A stretch of DNA of 64,000 nt from Deltaproteobacteria bacterium. Its GTDB lineage: Bacteria; Desulfobacterota; Dissulfuribacteria; Dissulfuribacterales; QOAL01. Within the stretch, counting starts at the first letter, position 1; each line of letters begins with the position of its first letter. Location of the stretch: NCBI GenBank assembly GCA_026995935.1, contig JALWNK010000063.1:20684-84683 (forward strand), read 5' to 3'. Positions 40,456-49,472 of the stretch are shown here, piece by piece. The translations under genes and the position numbers were made by a program. The notes under the pieces were generated by a model. That model ran no database searches. It was not told the origin of the DNA and saw only the letters and a list, made by a program, of their open reading frames with translations.

Positions 40456-41358
40456 ATGTCCAAAACCATGTGTCTGTTTTTCTGTCTTTTTTCTTTCCCG
40501 TTTAATTTGTCATTGGCTTATGGGGGAATCCTTGTAGATACATCCTGGCTTAGGGATCACCTGAAAGAGCAGGATATAAGGGTACTTGATGTCAGCAGGG
40601 ATCCGGCCTTTTATGAAAAACGCCATATTCCAGGTGCCCTCCAGGTCTTCAGACACCGGGACCTTGAAGACTATACTAGCTATCCTCCTGTGGGATTTCC
40701 TCAAAAAAGGCAGTTTCTGGCCCTCATGAGACGTCTTGGTATCTCAAACAAGACCATGGTGGTGGCCTATGACGATAACAATGGAATGTATGCCTCAAGG
40801 ATGGTCTTTCTCATGCAGCTTTATGGCCATCCCATGGAAAAGCTCAAGATTTTAAACGGCGGGATAAAGCAGTGGGTGGAGGAGGGATTGCCTGTAGAAG
40901 AAGGTTCTTTGAGTGTCAATGAAGAGGCAAAACCATACAGGCCTGGAAAGAGGAGAGTGGAATACCTTGCCACGTGGCAAGATATATACAGAAAGGTGGT
41001 TCAGGAAAGATCTAAACACTTTGTCCTGCTGGACGTGCGTCCTGAGGACGAATATGACGGAGACAAGGTAAGGCTTGTCAGGGGAGGACACATCCCTGGT
41101 GCGGTCAATCTAGAGGTGGCCGCTATTTCTTTGGGTAGCGGCAGCCATTTGTGGGAAACCCCTGAAAGACTTGAGGCAATTTTCCAAAAAGAAGGTATTA
41201 CCAAGGACAAGACGATTATTATCTACTGCCATTCCGGAGATAGAAGTGCCCATGCCTTTGTGATACTAAAGGACTTGCTTTACTATCCAGATGTGAGGAT
41301 TTACGAAGGCGCATGGGAGGAGTGGGCGGTTCTTCAGGCCCTTCCGGTGGAAGAATAG
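40456..41358 (+). CDS. Tandem-domain rhodanese/sulfurtransferase with N-terminal signal peptide
   Basis: HIPGA twice, LNGG, LDVR, active-site YCHSGDRS, YEGAWEEW; hydrophobic N-terminus ending in SLAYG. Confidence 0.88.
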   Translation: MSKTMCLFFCLFSFPFNLSLAYGGILVDTSWLRDHLKEQDIRVLDVSRDPAFYEKRHIPGALQVFRHRDLEDYTSYPPVGFPQKRQFLALMRRLGISNKTMVVAYDDNNGMYASRMVFLMQLYGHPMEKLKILNGGIKQWVEEGLPVEEGSLSVNEEAKPYRPGKRRVEYLATWQDIYRKVVQERSKHFVLLDVRPEDEYDGDKVRLVRGGHIPGAVNLEVAAISLGSGSHLWETPERLEAIFQKEGITKDKTIIIYCHSGDRSAHAFVILKDLLYYPDVRIYEGAWEEWAVLQALPVEE

Positions 41359-41410
41359 GAAGTCTTGATTGCAACCTGCGCTATATCTTGCTTGGGAGGC
41401 TCCAAAGGAA

Positions 41411-42304
41411 ATGGCTAGGGTTATCCTTAATGGGAAAAAGGCCCACCAGGAGGATTTTCGCCAGGCTGTAGATGCCTTGAGGAGTCAAGGGGCAGAGATC
41501 GAGGTGAGAGTTACATGGGAAAGGGAGGATCCCAGGCGCTTTGTTGAAGAGGCTGTTAGAGACGGGGTCAGACGCCTGGTGGCAGCCGGGGGAGACGGTA
41601 CCCTTCATGAGATTGTAAATGGCCTTTATTCCGTTTCAAGGGAGAAACGCCCTGAGCTTGCCATTGTGCCAATGGGAACGGGAAACGACTTCGCAACTGC
41701 CTGCAAGGTCCCCTTGGATCCCATGGAATCCTTGCGACTGGCAGTTTTTGGCGAGCCTGTCTCCATTGATCTTGCCAGTGCCAACGACCAGATTTTTATA
41801 AATGTTGCAACTGGAGGGTTTGCCTCCGCTGCGTCCAGAACCCTTCCGGCAAGTCTGAAGAATCTTCTTGGTGGAAGCGCCTATCGGCTTGCAGCAGCTC
41901 TAAAGGCCTTTAATTTCGCCCCTGGGACAGGCCGCATAAAGGCGGAAGGGGTTGAGCTGAGTGGCAGCGCCCTGGCAGGCGCAGTATGTAACGGAAGGCA
42001 GGCAGGAGGCGGACAGGTCCTTGCCCCAAATGCCTTTCTAAACGATGGCCTTCTGGACGTTATCATAATTCTCACTTTTCCTGTTACAGACGTTGGCCAG
42101 GTTATAAACGAGTTTTTTGATAAATCAAACAGCGGCAAGTATGTAAAGCGCTTTAAGACTTCCTGGCTGGATTTATGGCCTAGTGAAAAACGCACAATTA
42201 ATCTGGACGGTGAACCCTATGAGGCGGATTTTATCCACTTTGAGGTCATACCGGGTGATCTGGAGATGGTTCTCCCCAAGGATTGTCCATGCATTAGAGG
42301 GTAG
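41411..42304 (+). CDS. yegS: YegS/BmrU family lipid kinase
   Basis: ILNGKKA, VRVTWE, GGDGT, PMGTGNDFA, NGRQAGGG, NLDGE. Confidence 0.88.
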   Translation: MARVILNGKKAHQEDFRQAVDALRSQGAEIEVRVTWEREDPRRFVEEAVRDGVRRLVAAGGDGTLHEIVNGLYSVSREKRPELAIVPMGTGNDFATACKVPLDPMESLRLAVFGEPVSIDLASANDQIFINVATGGFASAASRTLPASLKNLLGGSAYRLAAALKAFNFAPGTGRIKAEGVELSGSALAGAVCNGRQAGGGQVLAPNAFLNDGLLDVIIILTFPVTDVGQVINEFFDKSNSGKYVKRFKTSWLDLWPSEKRTINLDGEPYEADFIHFEVIPGDLEMVLPKDCPCIRG

Positions 42305-42322
42305 TTGCGAAGTTTTCTGCCC

Positions 42323-43303
42323 TTAAAACAAGGCCGAATAGATCTGTTTAATGACCCCTGTGGGTACAGAGCTTATCCAGTGGCCTGTAAGGCGCGCTGT
42401 CAGCCAGCTAAGAAGAAGAATGGAGATTGTGCCAACGGGAAGAATATAAGGCCATACATTTTTGCCAAAGGGACCGCATAAACAAAGTGACCCTTTTGTG
42501 TCACACGCGTTAAGGCACTCCAGACATCCAATGCAGTCGGGGTTTCTTATGATGTTTTTTCTTGTGATCTCAATGGACATTGGGCACGCCTTTTCGCATT
42601 TCTTGCAATTAAGACATGCCTTTTCGTGGCGTTTTATCTGAAAAGGGGAGGCGCAGGCAAGAAGGCCAAGGAGTGCGCCATAGGGGCAAAGATATTTGCA
42701 CCAGAAATTACCTATGAAGACAGACAACACAGCAAGGCATCCAATGGCTGCCAGGGTAGTTGCGGTGGGATCAATAAAGAAGTTTAGCATCTTTATATCG
42801 GCAACGATGTTGTATGGGGACATCAAGAAGCTTTCCACCTGGGAGGGCGACATATTAAAGAAGATGAAATATATGAAGAATCCCAGGAGCAGGTACTTAA
42901 TGGAGGAAAGGGGGAGGGCGATCCACCTGGAGGGTCTGAGGCGGGTATTCATTCTTTGTCCAATTGACTGAAGGAGGGAGGATATGGTCCCAACCGGGCA
43001 TATCCAGCCGCAAAATGCCTTTCTGAAAAGAAGGGCAGAGCAGACAATGGCAATAAAGATGAAAAGCCCTGCCGGATGAACAGGGTCCCATGTGCCAGTA
43101 AGTATCAGGTGATACAGGCCCACAAGTGCGCTTATGGGCAAAAAGGCCTCCACTGCAGGGAGTCTTTCGTGAAATGCTCCGCCTGCTGCAAGCCATTTGC
43201 AAAAGAGAAAAAACTGGACGCCCACAAGCATGCAAAAGCCAAGATAAAGCCCCTGGATAAGCGCTCTTAAGAGGTGGGTTCTGTTGGTCAAGCGTGCATT
43301 CAT
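42323..43303 (-). CDS. Membrane 4Fe-4S binding protein (NapH/YccM-like)
   Basis: TMs, FCGWICPVG, WCKYLCPYG, CLNCKKCEKACP, CIGCLECLNAC. Confidence 0.87.
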   Translation of the reverse strand: MNARLTNRTHLLRALIQGLYLGFCMLVGVQFFLFCKWLAAGGAFHERLPAVEAFLPISALVGLYHLILTGTWDPVHPAGLFIFIAIVCSALLFRKAFCGWICPVGTISSLLQSIGQRMNTRLRPSRWIALPLSSIKYLLLGFFIYFIFFNMSPSQVESFLMSPYNIVADIKMLNFFIDPTATTLAAIGCLAVLSVFIGNFWCKYLCPYGALLGLLACASPFQIKRHEKACLNCKKCEKACPMSIEITRKNIIRNPDCIGCLECLNACDTKGSLCLCGPFGKNVWPYILPVGTISILLLSWLTARLTGHWISSVPTGVIKQIYSALF

Positions 43304-43578
43304 GATAATCGCGTATTCCTAAGCCCTCTTTGTCTAATGGATACCTAGGGGTTGTCCTTGATATAGGTCATGAATGGTGCTGTAATGGCATCAAAGGTCG
43401 TTTCATATCCACCGAACAAATCAGGAGATAAGGCGGAAGGAAAAGTGTGGTAGTAAATGGGGGGCCACCTACTATAACTGCGGTGGTACCTATTATCAGG
43501 CTGCCCATGACGGGCCAAACCTTGTTTACATGGTTGTGGAACCACTCAAGTAAACGTGGGTCCCTCTTGGTTTGCCTT

Positions 43579-44238
43579 TCAGATTACGGTTTCTTGAACC
43601 TTTTCCAGGCAGTCGAAGAAGACCTTGTAAGTAAGCCTCTTTTGAGCCATTAATTTTGGTACAAGATCGGTAAATCCTGTTATGTCCATGGGGCTCAGAG
43701 TGGCATCTACGCCCCTTGAGAATGCGTCATACAGGTCGTAGCGGTTTCCGCTGAGATGGATGTAAAGCACCATTGTGTTTCTTCGCATGTGTGCAGGCAT
43801 TGAGTTTATGTATTCAAGGATTGCCTTCATGTTGTCGTCCGGGTCCGGACCATGCTGGTACAGGACCACGAGATCGAACAGGTTGTATCTGAAGTGGTGC
43901 CTTATGTCTGCTTCATCCTTGATACCCCTGGTTTCAAAACCAAGCTCCGCCAGCTTCTTTTCCATTTCCAGCCGGGCCTGAATCTCCTGGCAGTATATGA
44001 GGGCCGTTTTCGTCTCAGGATCAAAGTACTCTACCGGGGCCTCTTCTTGTCGGGATTGTTTGAACTCCTCACCTTCCTTGGCCGTCTTTAAGGGTTCGGC
44101 AGGTGCAGTCTGCTGCTTACGGCTGACCTCTATCTTTTCACCACAGGAGGAGCACTTAACATATACCTTGCCTGTTGACGGGATCTTTGATTCGTCTATC
44201 GAGTAGACTTTGCTGCAACTGTTGCAAATTATTTCCAT
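43579..44238 (-). CDS. Zinc-ribbon (MJ0042-like) domain protein with receiver-like C-terminal domain
   Basis: N-terminal CNSC..KIP..VKCSSC; co-directional with pilT/pilU. Confidence 0.75.
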   Translation of the reverse strand: MEIICNSCSKVYSIDESKIPSTGKVYVKCSSCGEKIEVSRKQQTAPAEPLKTAKEGEEFKQSRQEEAPVEYFDPETKTALIYCQEIQARLEMEKKLAELGFETRGIKDEADIRHHFRYNLFDLVVLYQHGPDPDDNMKAILEYINSMPAHMRRNTMVLYIHLSGNRYDLYDAFSRGVDATLSPMDITGFTDLVPKLMAQKRLTYKVFFDCLEKVQETVI

Positions 44239-44247
44239 TGTCTGCTC

Positions 44248-45417
44248 CTAGTACTGTCTCAAATGGTAATCTTCCTCGATCTCGAGGCCTCCGATGTCGG
44301 ATGTCTCCTCGCCCCTTGCAGCCTTTATCCTGTCAATTCCTTGACGAACCTTTGCCCGGTTACTTGCGTATGCAAGGGCGGTCCGTTCATCAATGAGGCC
44401 CTCTTCAAAGATGTCCACAATGTGCTGATCAAAGGTGTGCATGTCATAGGCATGGCCGGCTTCTATGATCTCATAGAAGCTCTTTCCTTCCCTTTCCCCG
44501 TTTATTATTGAATCCTTGACTCGGATGTTGTTTTGCATGATTTCAAAGACGGCTACCCGGCCGCCTTCCTTTTTGGGAAGAAGTCTTTGGCCAACAACCC
44601 ATCTGAGGGAGTCGGCGAGCCTGAATCTCACCTGGCGTTCTTCCTCGGTTGTGAACATGCCAAGTATCCTGTTAATGGTATGGCCTGCGCTCACGGTGTG
44701 AACCGTGCTGAAGACCAGGTGTCCGGTTTCAGAGGCATTCAGGGCGATTTCAATGGTTTCCCTGTCCCTGATTTCTCCAACAAGTATGACGTGTGGGGCC
44801 TGTCTGAGGGCTGCTCTCAGACCGTTTGCAAATGTGTCAAAATCCTGACCAAGTTCCCTCTGGTTGAAGGTGGCCTTTCGGGAACGATGCACGTATTCTA
44901 CCGGGTCTTCCAGGGTGATGACATGGGCTGCCTCAACGGAGTTTATTTCGTCCAGGATGGCGGCAAGGGACGTGGTCTTACCCGTTCCCGTGGCACCGGT
45001 AAAAAGTATGATCCCGTTTTTCTCTCTGGCCATTTTCTTGAAGCAATCTGGAAGTTTGAGTTCCTCAATGGTGGGCACCTTGTTCTCAAGGCGTCTCATA
45101 ACGATGCTGTAGGTGCCCTTCTGGGAAAAGACGTTCACACGGAAGCGCGGACCGTTGTCCAGACTGTAGGAAAAGTCGCAGGAGCCGTGCTTGAAAAGGT
45201 CGGCAAGGAGCCTTCTGTTGTTGTCAATGAGGGCCAGAGCGAGCTGTTCCGTCTGGTATGGTACAAGGATGCCTGTTTTCAGGTAGGGTTCCGCCTGATG
45301 CAGCCTTCCGTCTGCTGCCACCTGGCACGGCCTTCCAACCGTAAAATTGAGGTCCGATATCCTGGGATGACTGGAAAGCATGTCCTGAAGAACCTGGTTT
45401 AGTTCAGCGCGTCTCAT
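44248..45417 (-). CDS. pilU: PilT/PilU family type IV pilus retraction ATPase
   Basis: GATGTGKT, TLEDPVE, RQAPHVILVGEIRD, TGHLV; ATG 45417. Confidence 0.88.
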   Translation of the reverse strand: MRRAELNQVLQDMLSSHPRISDLNFTVGRPCQVAADGRLHQAEPYLKTGILVPYQTEQLALALIDNNRRLLADLFKHGSCDFSYSLDNGPRFRVNVFSQKGTYSIVMRRLENKVPTIEELKLPDCFKKMAREKNGIILFTGATGTGKTTSLAAILDEINSVEAAHVITLEDPVEYVHRSRKATFNQRELGQDFDTFANGLRAALRQAPHVILVGEIRDRETIEIALNASETGHLVFSTVHTVSAGHTINRILGMFTTEEERQVRFRLADSLRWVVGQRLLPKKEGGRVAVFEIMQNNIRVKDSIINGEREGKSFYEIIEAGHAYDMHTFDQHIVDIFEEGLIDERTALAYASNRAKVRQGIDRIKAARGEETSDIGGLEIEEDYHLRQY

Positions 45418-45418
45418 G

Positions 45419-46504
45419 TTATCCCACCTCCGTAAAGTCTGCCGGGGCGCTCTTGGCGTAGGGTTTGAACTTGGCCTTTTCAACACACTTGGCGTAGGCC
45501 TCATCCGGATCTATCCAACCCTTTTGCAGCAGATCCATTATGGCATCGTCCAGGGTCTGCATCCCGTACTTCTTTCCGGTCTGCATGGACGAAGGAATCT
45601 GGTAGGTCTTGCCCTCCCTGATGAGATTTCTGACAGCAGGGGTGGCTATCAGTATCTCAAAGGCGACACAGCGTCCAGGGATGTCTATCCTCTTGAACAT
45701 GGTCTGTGAGATTACGGCCCTAAGGGCATCTGCCAGGGTGGCCCTGACCTGTGGCTGCTGGTGAGTAGGAAATATCTCAATAATCCTGTCCACGGTCTTT
45801 GCAGCGCTTATGGTGTGGAGGGTGCCCATAACCAGGTGACCAGTCATTGCCGCCTCTATGGCAAGGGATATGGTCTCGAGGTCCCTCATTTCACCAACGA
45901 GTATGATGTCTGGGTCTTCACGAAGGGCGCCTCTGAGGGCGGCACTAAAGGATTTCGTATGGGTGCCCACCTCCCTGTGGTTCACAAGGCAGCCCTTGTG
46001 CTGATGTACGAATTCAATAGGGTCTTCAACAGTAATAATGTGGTCTTTCCTGTGCCGGTTGGCATGGTCGAGTATGGCTGCAAGGGTGGTGGACTTACCG
46101 CTACCGGTAGGCCCTGTAACCAGAACAAGGCCCCTTGGAAGCATGGCAAGCTTTGTCATGACCTCTGGAAGGCCCAGATCTTCCGCTGTCATGATGTTGC
46201 TGGGAATCTCCCTGAAGACTGCCCCAACGCCGTTTTTCTGCATGAAATAGTTGGCGCGGTAACGGGCAAGCCCTGGTATTTCATATCCAAAGTCCACATC
46301 CCCTGTCTCTTCAAAGTGCTTGATCTTTTCTTCTGGGGCAATCTCGTAGAGCATGGATTTGAGCTCATCATTTTCAAGGGTCTTGTATTTTACCCTTTGA
46401 ATGTCTCCTCTGATCCTTATTATTGGCGGAGAGCCCGCCACCATATGTAAGTCAGAGCCTCCCTGGTCGTGAAGCAGCTTAAAAAAGGCATCAATCTTGG
46501 CCAT
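45419..46504 (-). CDS. pilT: Type IV pilus retraction ATPase PilT
   Basis: SDLH, GPTGSGKSTT, REDPDIILVGEMRD, AVRNLIRE. Confidence 0.95.
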   Translation of the reverse strand: MAKIDAFFKLLHDQGGSDLHMVAGSPPIIRIRGDIQRVKYKTLENDELKSMLYEIAPEEKIKHFEETGDVDFGYEIPGLARYRANYFMQKNGVGAVFREIPSNIMTAEDLGLPEVMTKLAMLPRGLVLVTGPTGSGKSTTLAAILDHANRHRKDHIITVEDPIEFVHQHKGCLVNHREVGTHTKSFSAALRGALREDPDIILVGEMRDLETISLAIEAAMTGHLVMGTLHTISAAKTVDRIIEIFPTHQQPQVRATLADALRAVISQTMFKRIDIPGRCVAFEILIATPAVRNLIREGKTYQIPSSMQTGKKYGMQTLDDAIMDLLQKGWIDPDEAYAKCVEKAKFKPYAKSAPADFTEVG

Positions 46505-46652
46505 GTTTTATTGGATCCTCCTAAGATGGCGCTTGTTTTGCATACGAAGAATATCGCTCAAGGATTTCAAGGTCGTTGGCCTGTGAGTCTTGAGCCGATC
46601 ATTTATTCTATCGGCAACATGGCCCAAAATTATGAAAATGTAGAGGACAGTT

Positions 46653-47330
46653 ATGCTTTCAGGTGATCAGTCAGTCATAGAGCTCAGGGAGGTCCAGAAA
46701 AAATATGCGCCGGACATAGTTGCCCTTGAAGAGGCGGATCTCACCATCTCCAAGGGGGAGTTCGTTTTTTTGACAGGACCAAGCGGGGCAGGAAAATCTA
46801 CCCTGCTAAGGATGCTTTACAAGGCTGAGGAACCCACCGGAGGCTCCATAATTATTGACGGTGTGGATCTGTCAAGCCTGTCAAAATCCCAGATTCCACA
46901 GCTCAGGCGAAAGGTGGGTGTCATCTTCCAGGACTTTAAACTCCTCTTCAACAAGACCGTCTTTGAGAATGTGGCCCTTTCCCTTGAGGTCCTGGGCCTT
47001 AAAAAGAATCAGCTTTCCTCCAGGGTGCGGCAGGTGGTAGAAGGCGTGGGTCTTTCTGACAAGCTCCACAGAAAGGTGGTTCAGCTTTCCGGAGGAGAAC
47101 AGCAGAGGGTGGCAATAGCAAGGGCCGTGGTGAACAGACCCCCGATTATCCTTGCAGACGAACCCACCGGTAATCTTGATAGAAAGCGGACAACAGAGGT
47201 TGTAGCCCTGATGGAGGAACTCAATGCCAGGGGCGCAACCATTTTATTTGCAACCCATGATGAAAACCTTTTCACCGACACACACAGACGAGTGCTCCGG
47301 TTGAAAGACGGAAAGATAGAGGAACTTTGA
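46653..47330 (+). CDS. ftsE: Cell division ABC ATPase FtsE
   Basis: GPSGAGKST, IFQDFKLL, LSGGEQQR, ADEPTGNLD; precedes ftsX. Confidence 0.93.
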   Translation: MLSGDQSVIELREVQKKYAPDIVALEEADLTISKGEFVFLTGPSGAGKSTLLRMLYKAEEPTGGSIIIDGVDLSSLSKSQIPQLRRKVGVIFQDFKLLFNKTVFENVALSLEVLGLKKNQLSSRVRQVVEGVGLSDKLHRKVVQLSGGEQQRVAIARAVVNRPPIILADEPTGNLDRKRTTEVVALMEELNARGATILFATHDENLFTDTHRRVLRLKDGKIEEL

Positions 47331-47331
47331 T

Positions 47332-48216
47332 ATGCCGCTTGGAATAATATTCAAAAGGGCCCTGAGGGACATCAGGCAAAACCTTGTAACCCACGTAATG
47401 ACAACCATAGTGGTGGCCTTGACATGCCTGGTATTCATATTTTTCAGTGTCTTTTCTCTGAATCTTCAAAGAATAGCCGACCACTTCGGTAAGGAACTGG
47501 CAATCGTGGTCTATCTGAAAAAGGATATGCCCCAGGACAAGATACCCTCACTGTACCAAAAGATTGTAGGTATGGATGGAATAGAGAGTGTCCGGTTCGT
47601 ATCCTCGGAGGAGGCCTTCAAGAGGCTGGAAAAGTACTTCAAGGATGAAAAGGAGGTCCTTGAGGGTGTTGATCCTCTTTTTCTTCCTCCATCCTTTGAG
47701 ATACAGATAGACAGGGCGGTTTACAACCCGGGAAGGGTGAGGAGCATTGCCCAGAAGTTTGCAGATTGGCCAGAGGTGCAGAAGGTGCAGTATGGAAAGG
47801 AGTGGGTGGACAGGCTTGAGTCCTTTTCAAAGGCGGTGAAGGCAGCCGTGGTGGCAAGCGCTGTGCTTTTACTGGTAATGGCCGCCTTCGTTGTGTCAAA
47901 CACCATAAAGCTCACGGTATATGCAAGACAGGACGAGATAGAGATAATGAGGCTTGTGGGGGCAACAAACGGCTTCATCCAGGGTCCTTTTCTACTTGCC
48001 TCGTTTTTGCAGGGTGTGAGTGGCTCCCTTGCAGCCATTGTTGCTGGCCTCTTTTGTTACGAGTACGTGCTCAACATCATTACTCAAACAGAGCTCATAA
48101 AAAGTCTCAATCTGCAGTTTCTTCCGCCTCTTTACATGCTCACCATAGTCCTGGTGAGTGGCATATTCTGTGTAGCTGGGACAGCCATGGCACTTAGGAG
48201 GTTTCTTACACTGTGA
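47332..48216 (+). CDS. ftsX: Cell division permease-like protein FtsX
   Basis: Four TMs, LPPSFEI, NTIKLTVYARQDEIEIMRLVGAT..FIQGPF. Confidence 0.93.
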   Translation: MPLGIIFKRALRDIRQNLVTHVMTTIVVALTCLVFIFFSVFSLNLQRIADHFGKELAIVVYLKKDMPQDKIPSLYQKIVGMDGIESVRFVSSEEAFKRLEKYFKDEKEVLEGVDPLFLPPSFEIQIDRAVYNPGRVRSIAQKFADWPEVQKVQYGKEWVDRLESFSKAVKAAVVASAVLLLVMAAFVVSNTIKLTVYARQDEIEIMRLVGATNGFIQGPFLLASFLQGVSGSLAAIVAGLFCYEYVLNIITQTELIKSLNLQFLPPLYMLTIVLVSGIFCVAGTAMALRRFLTL

Positions 48217-49406
48217 AGAAACAACTCTTGTTTCTACTGTTGGTATTTTTTGTCTTTACCCACCTGGCCCAAGACTCCATAAGTTTTGCACAGCCAGACA
48301 TCATCCAGGAAGAGCTCTCCATACATCAGAAACGGCTTTCTGATATAGAAAAGTCCATAAAGAGAAAAAAGAGGGCCAGACACCGTGTAGAAAGGGAAAA
48401 AAGGGATGTGCTTTCAGAGATTCAGGAGCTTGACAGAAAGATAGATCTTCAGTGGCAAAGCCTTCAGCAGGCCAAGAGGGACTGGACAGAGGCGGAACTC
48501 CAGTTAGACAGGACGAGGTCAGAGCTTGAGAAAATGCGAAACAGGGCCGCCACGCTCAAAAAGTATATTGAGACAAGGCTCAATGCCTTCAGGCAAATGG
48601 GGGAAATAGGAGTGCTTAATATCCTCCTTGCTGCCGATTCCATTCCAAACCTGCTGGCAAGGCAGGAATATCTCAAGATGATAGTCAACGAGGACCAGAC
48701 GAGGCGCAAGGAGTACGTTTCCATTTTAAAAGGCCTTGCTATCAAGGAAAAAGAGCTCAAAGACAGGCAGGTGCTCCTCAAGGCGGTTTCTGAACGTCTT
48801 CAAAAAGAGGCACAGCTTCTTGAGAAGAGAAAGCAGGAAAAAGAAAAATACCTGAAGGCACTGAAGAAAAAATCTGTACGTTACAGGCGCTTAATTGCCC
48901 AGCTAAGAAGGGCCAAAATGAGGCTTACCCAGGTGGTGGAAGAGCTTTCCATGAAGTTAAGGGCCAGCCAAAAGGCCCTTGACCCTGTAACAAGGGAAAG
49001 CCAGTTTGAATTTCGTTCCCAGAAGGGCAGGTTGAATCTGCCTGCACCAGGAAAGGCCATCCTATTCAAGTCTCGCAAGCGTTCCAAGGGTATGGCTGTT
49101 CAATGTCCCTGGGGCACTGAGATAAGGGCAATTTTTGACGGAACAGTTGTCTATAACGACTCGCTTCCAGGCTACGGTAATGTCCTCATAATAGATCACG
49201 GCAATGGCTACATGAGCCTTATAGCCCAGGGGCAGAGCTTTAAGAAGAAGGTTGGCCAGGAGGTGGCAGAGGGAGAGGTAGTTGGTCTTTCCGGCGGGGG
49301 TCCCTGGGTCACTGAAGGGATATACATCGAGATAAGGCATAATGGAAAACAGCTGACAGCTCCTTACTGGTTTGATCTAAGGGGTATTGAAATAGTGCGC
49401 AGATAG
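48213..49406 (+). CDS. envC: Murein hydrolase activator EnvC family
   Basis: Signal peptide, long coiled coil, degenerate M23 domain (GYGNVLIIDHG) lacking metal ligands; follows ftsEX. Confidence 0.85.
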   Translation: MKKQLLFLLLVFFVFTHLAQDSISFAQPDIIQEELSIHQKRLSDIEKSIKRKKRARHRVEREKRDVLSEIQELDRKIDLQWQSLQQAKRDWTEAELQLDRTRSELEKMRNRAATLKKYIETRLNAFRQMGEIGVLNILLAADSIPNLLARQEYLKMIVNEDQTRRKEYVSILKGLAIKEKELKDRQVLLKAVSERLQKEAQLLEKRKQEKEKYLKALKKKSVRYRRLIAQLRRAKMRLTQVVEELSMKLRASQKALDPVTRESQFEFRSQKGRLNLPAPGKAILFKSRKRSKGMAVQCPWGTEIRAIFDGTVVYNDSLPGYGNVLIIDHGNGYMSLIAQGQSFKKKVGQEVAEGEVVGLSGGGPWVTEGIYIEIRHNGKQLTAPYWFDLRGIEIVRR

Positions 49407-49472
49407 AGTAATAGTAAGGCGGCTTTTTTATTTGTAAAATGCCTGGTCATCTAACCCGTGAGGTAGCTGAAA

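Noticed and set aside
43476-43495. T-box-like GGTGGTACC
   Set aside because: Lacks the following RCG, stem I and terminator, and its orientation does not lead into a gene.
43345-43653. Small ORFs (66 aa minus, 68 aa plus) in the intergenic gap
   Set aside because: No convincing SD or motif; they overlap the hairpin cluster.
44533-46450. Long antisense ORFs over pilT/pilU (similar ones over lon, the nuo genes and the cytochrome)
   Set aside because: Shadow frames of well-conserved genes with no motifs of their own.
48213-49406. Loss of M23 metal ligands as a novelty
   Set aside because: This is normal for EnvC.
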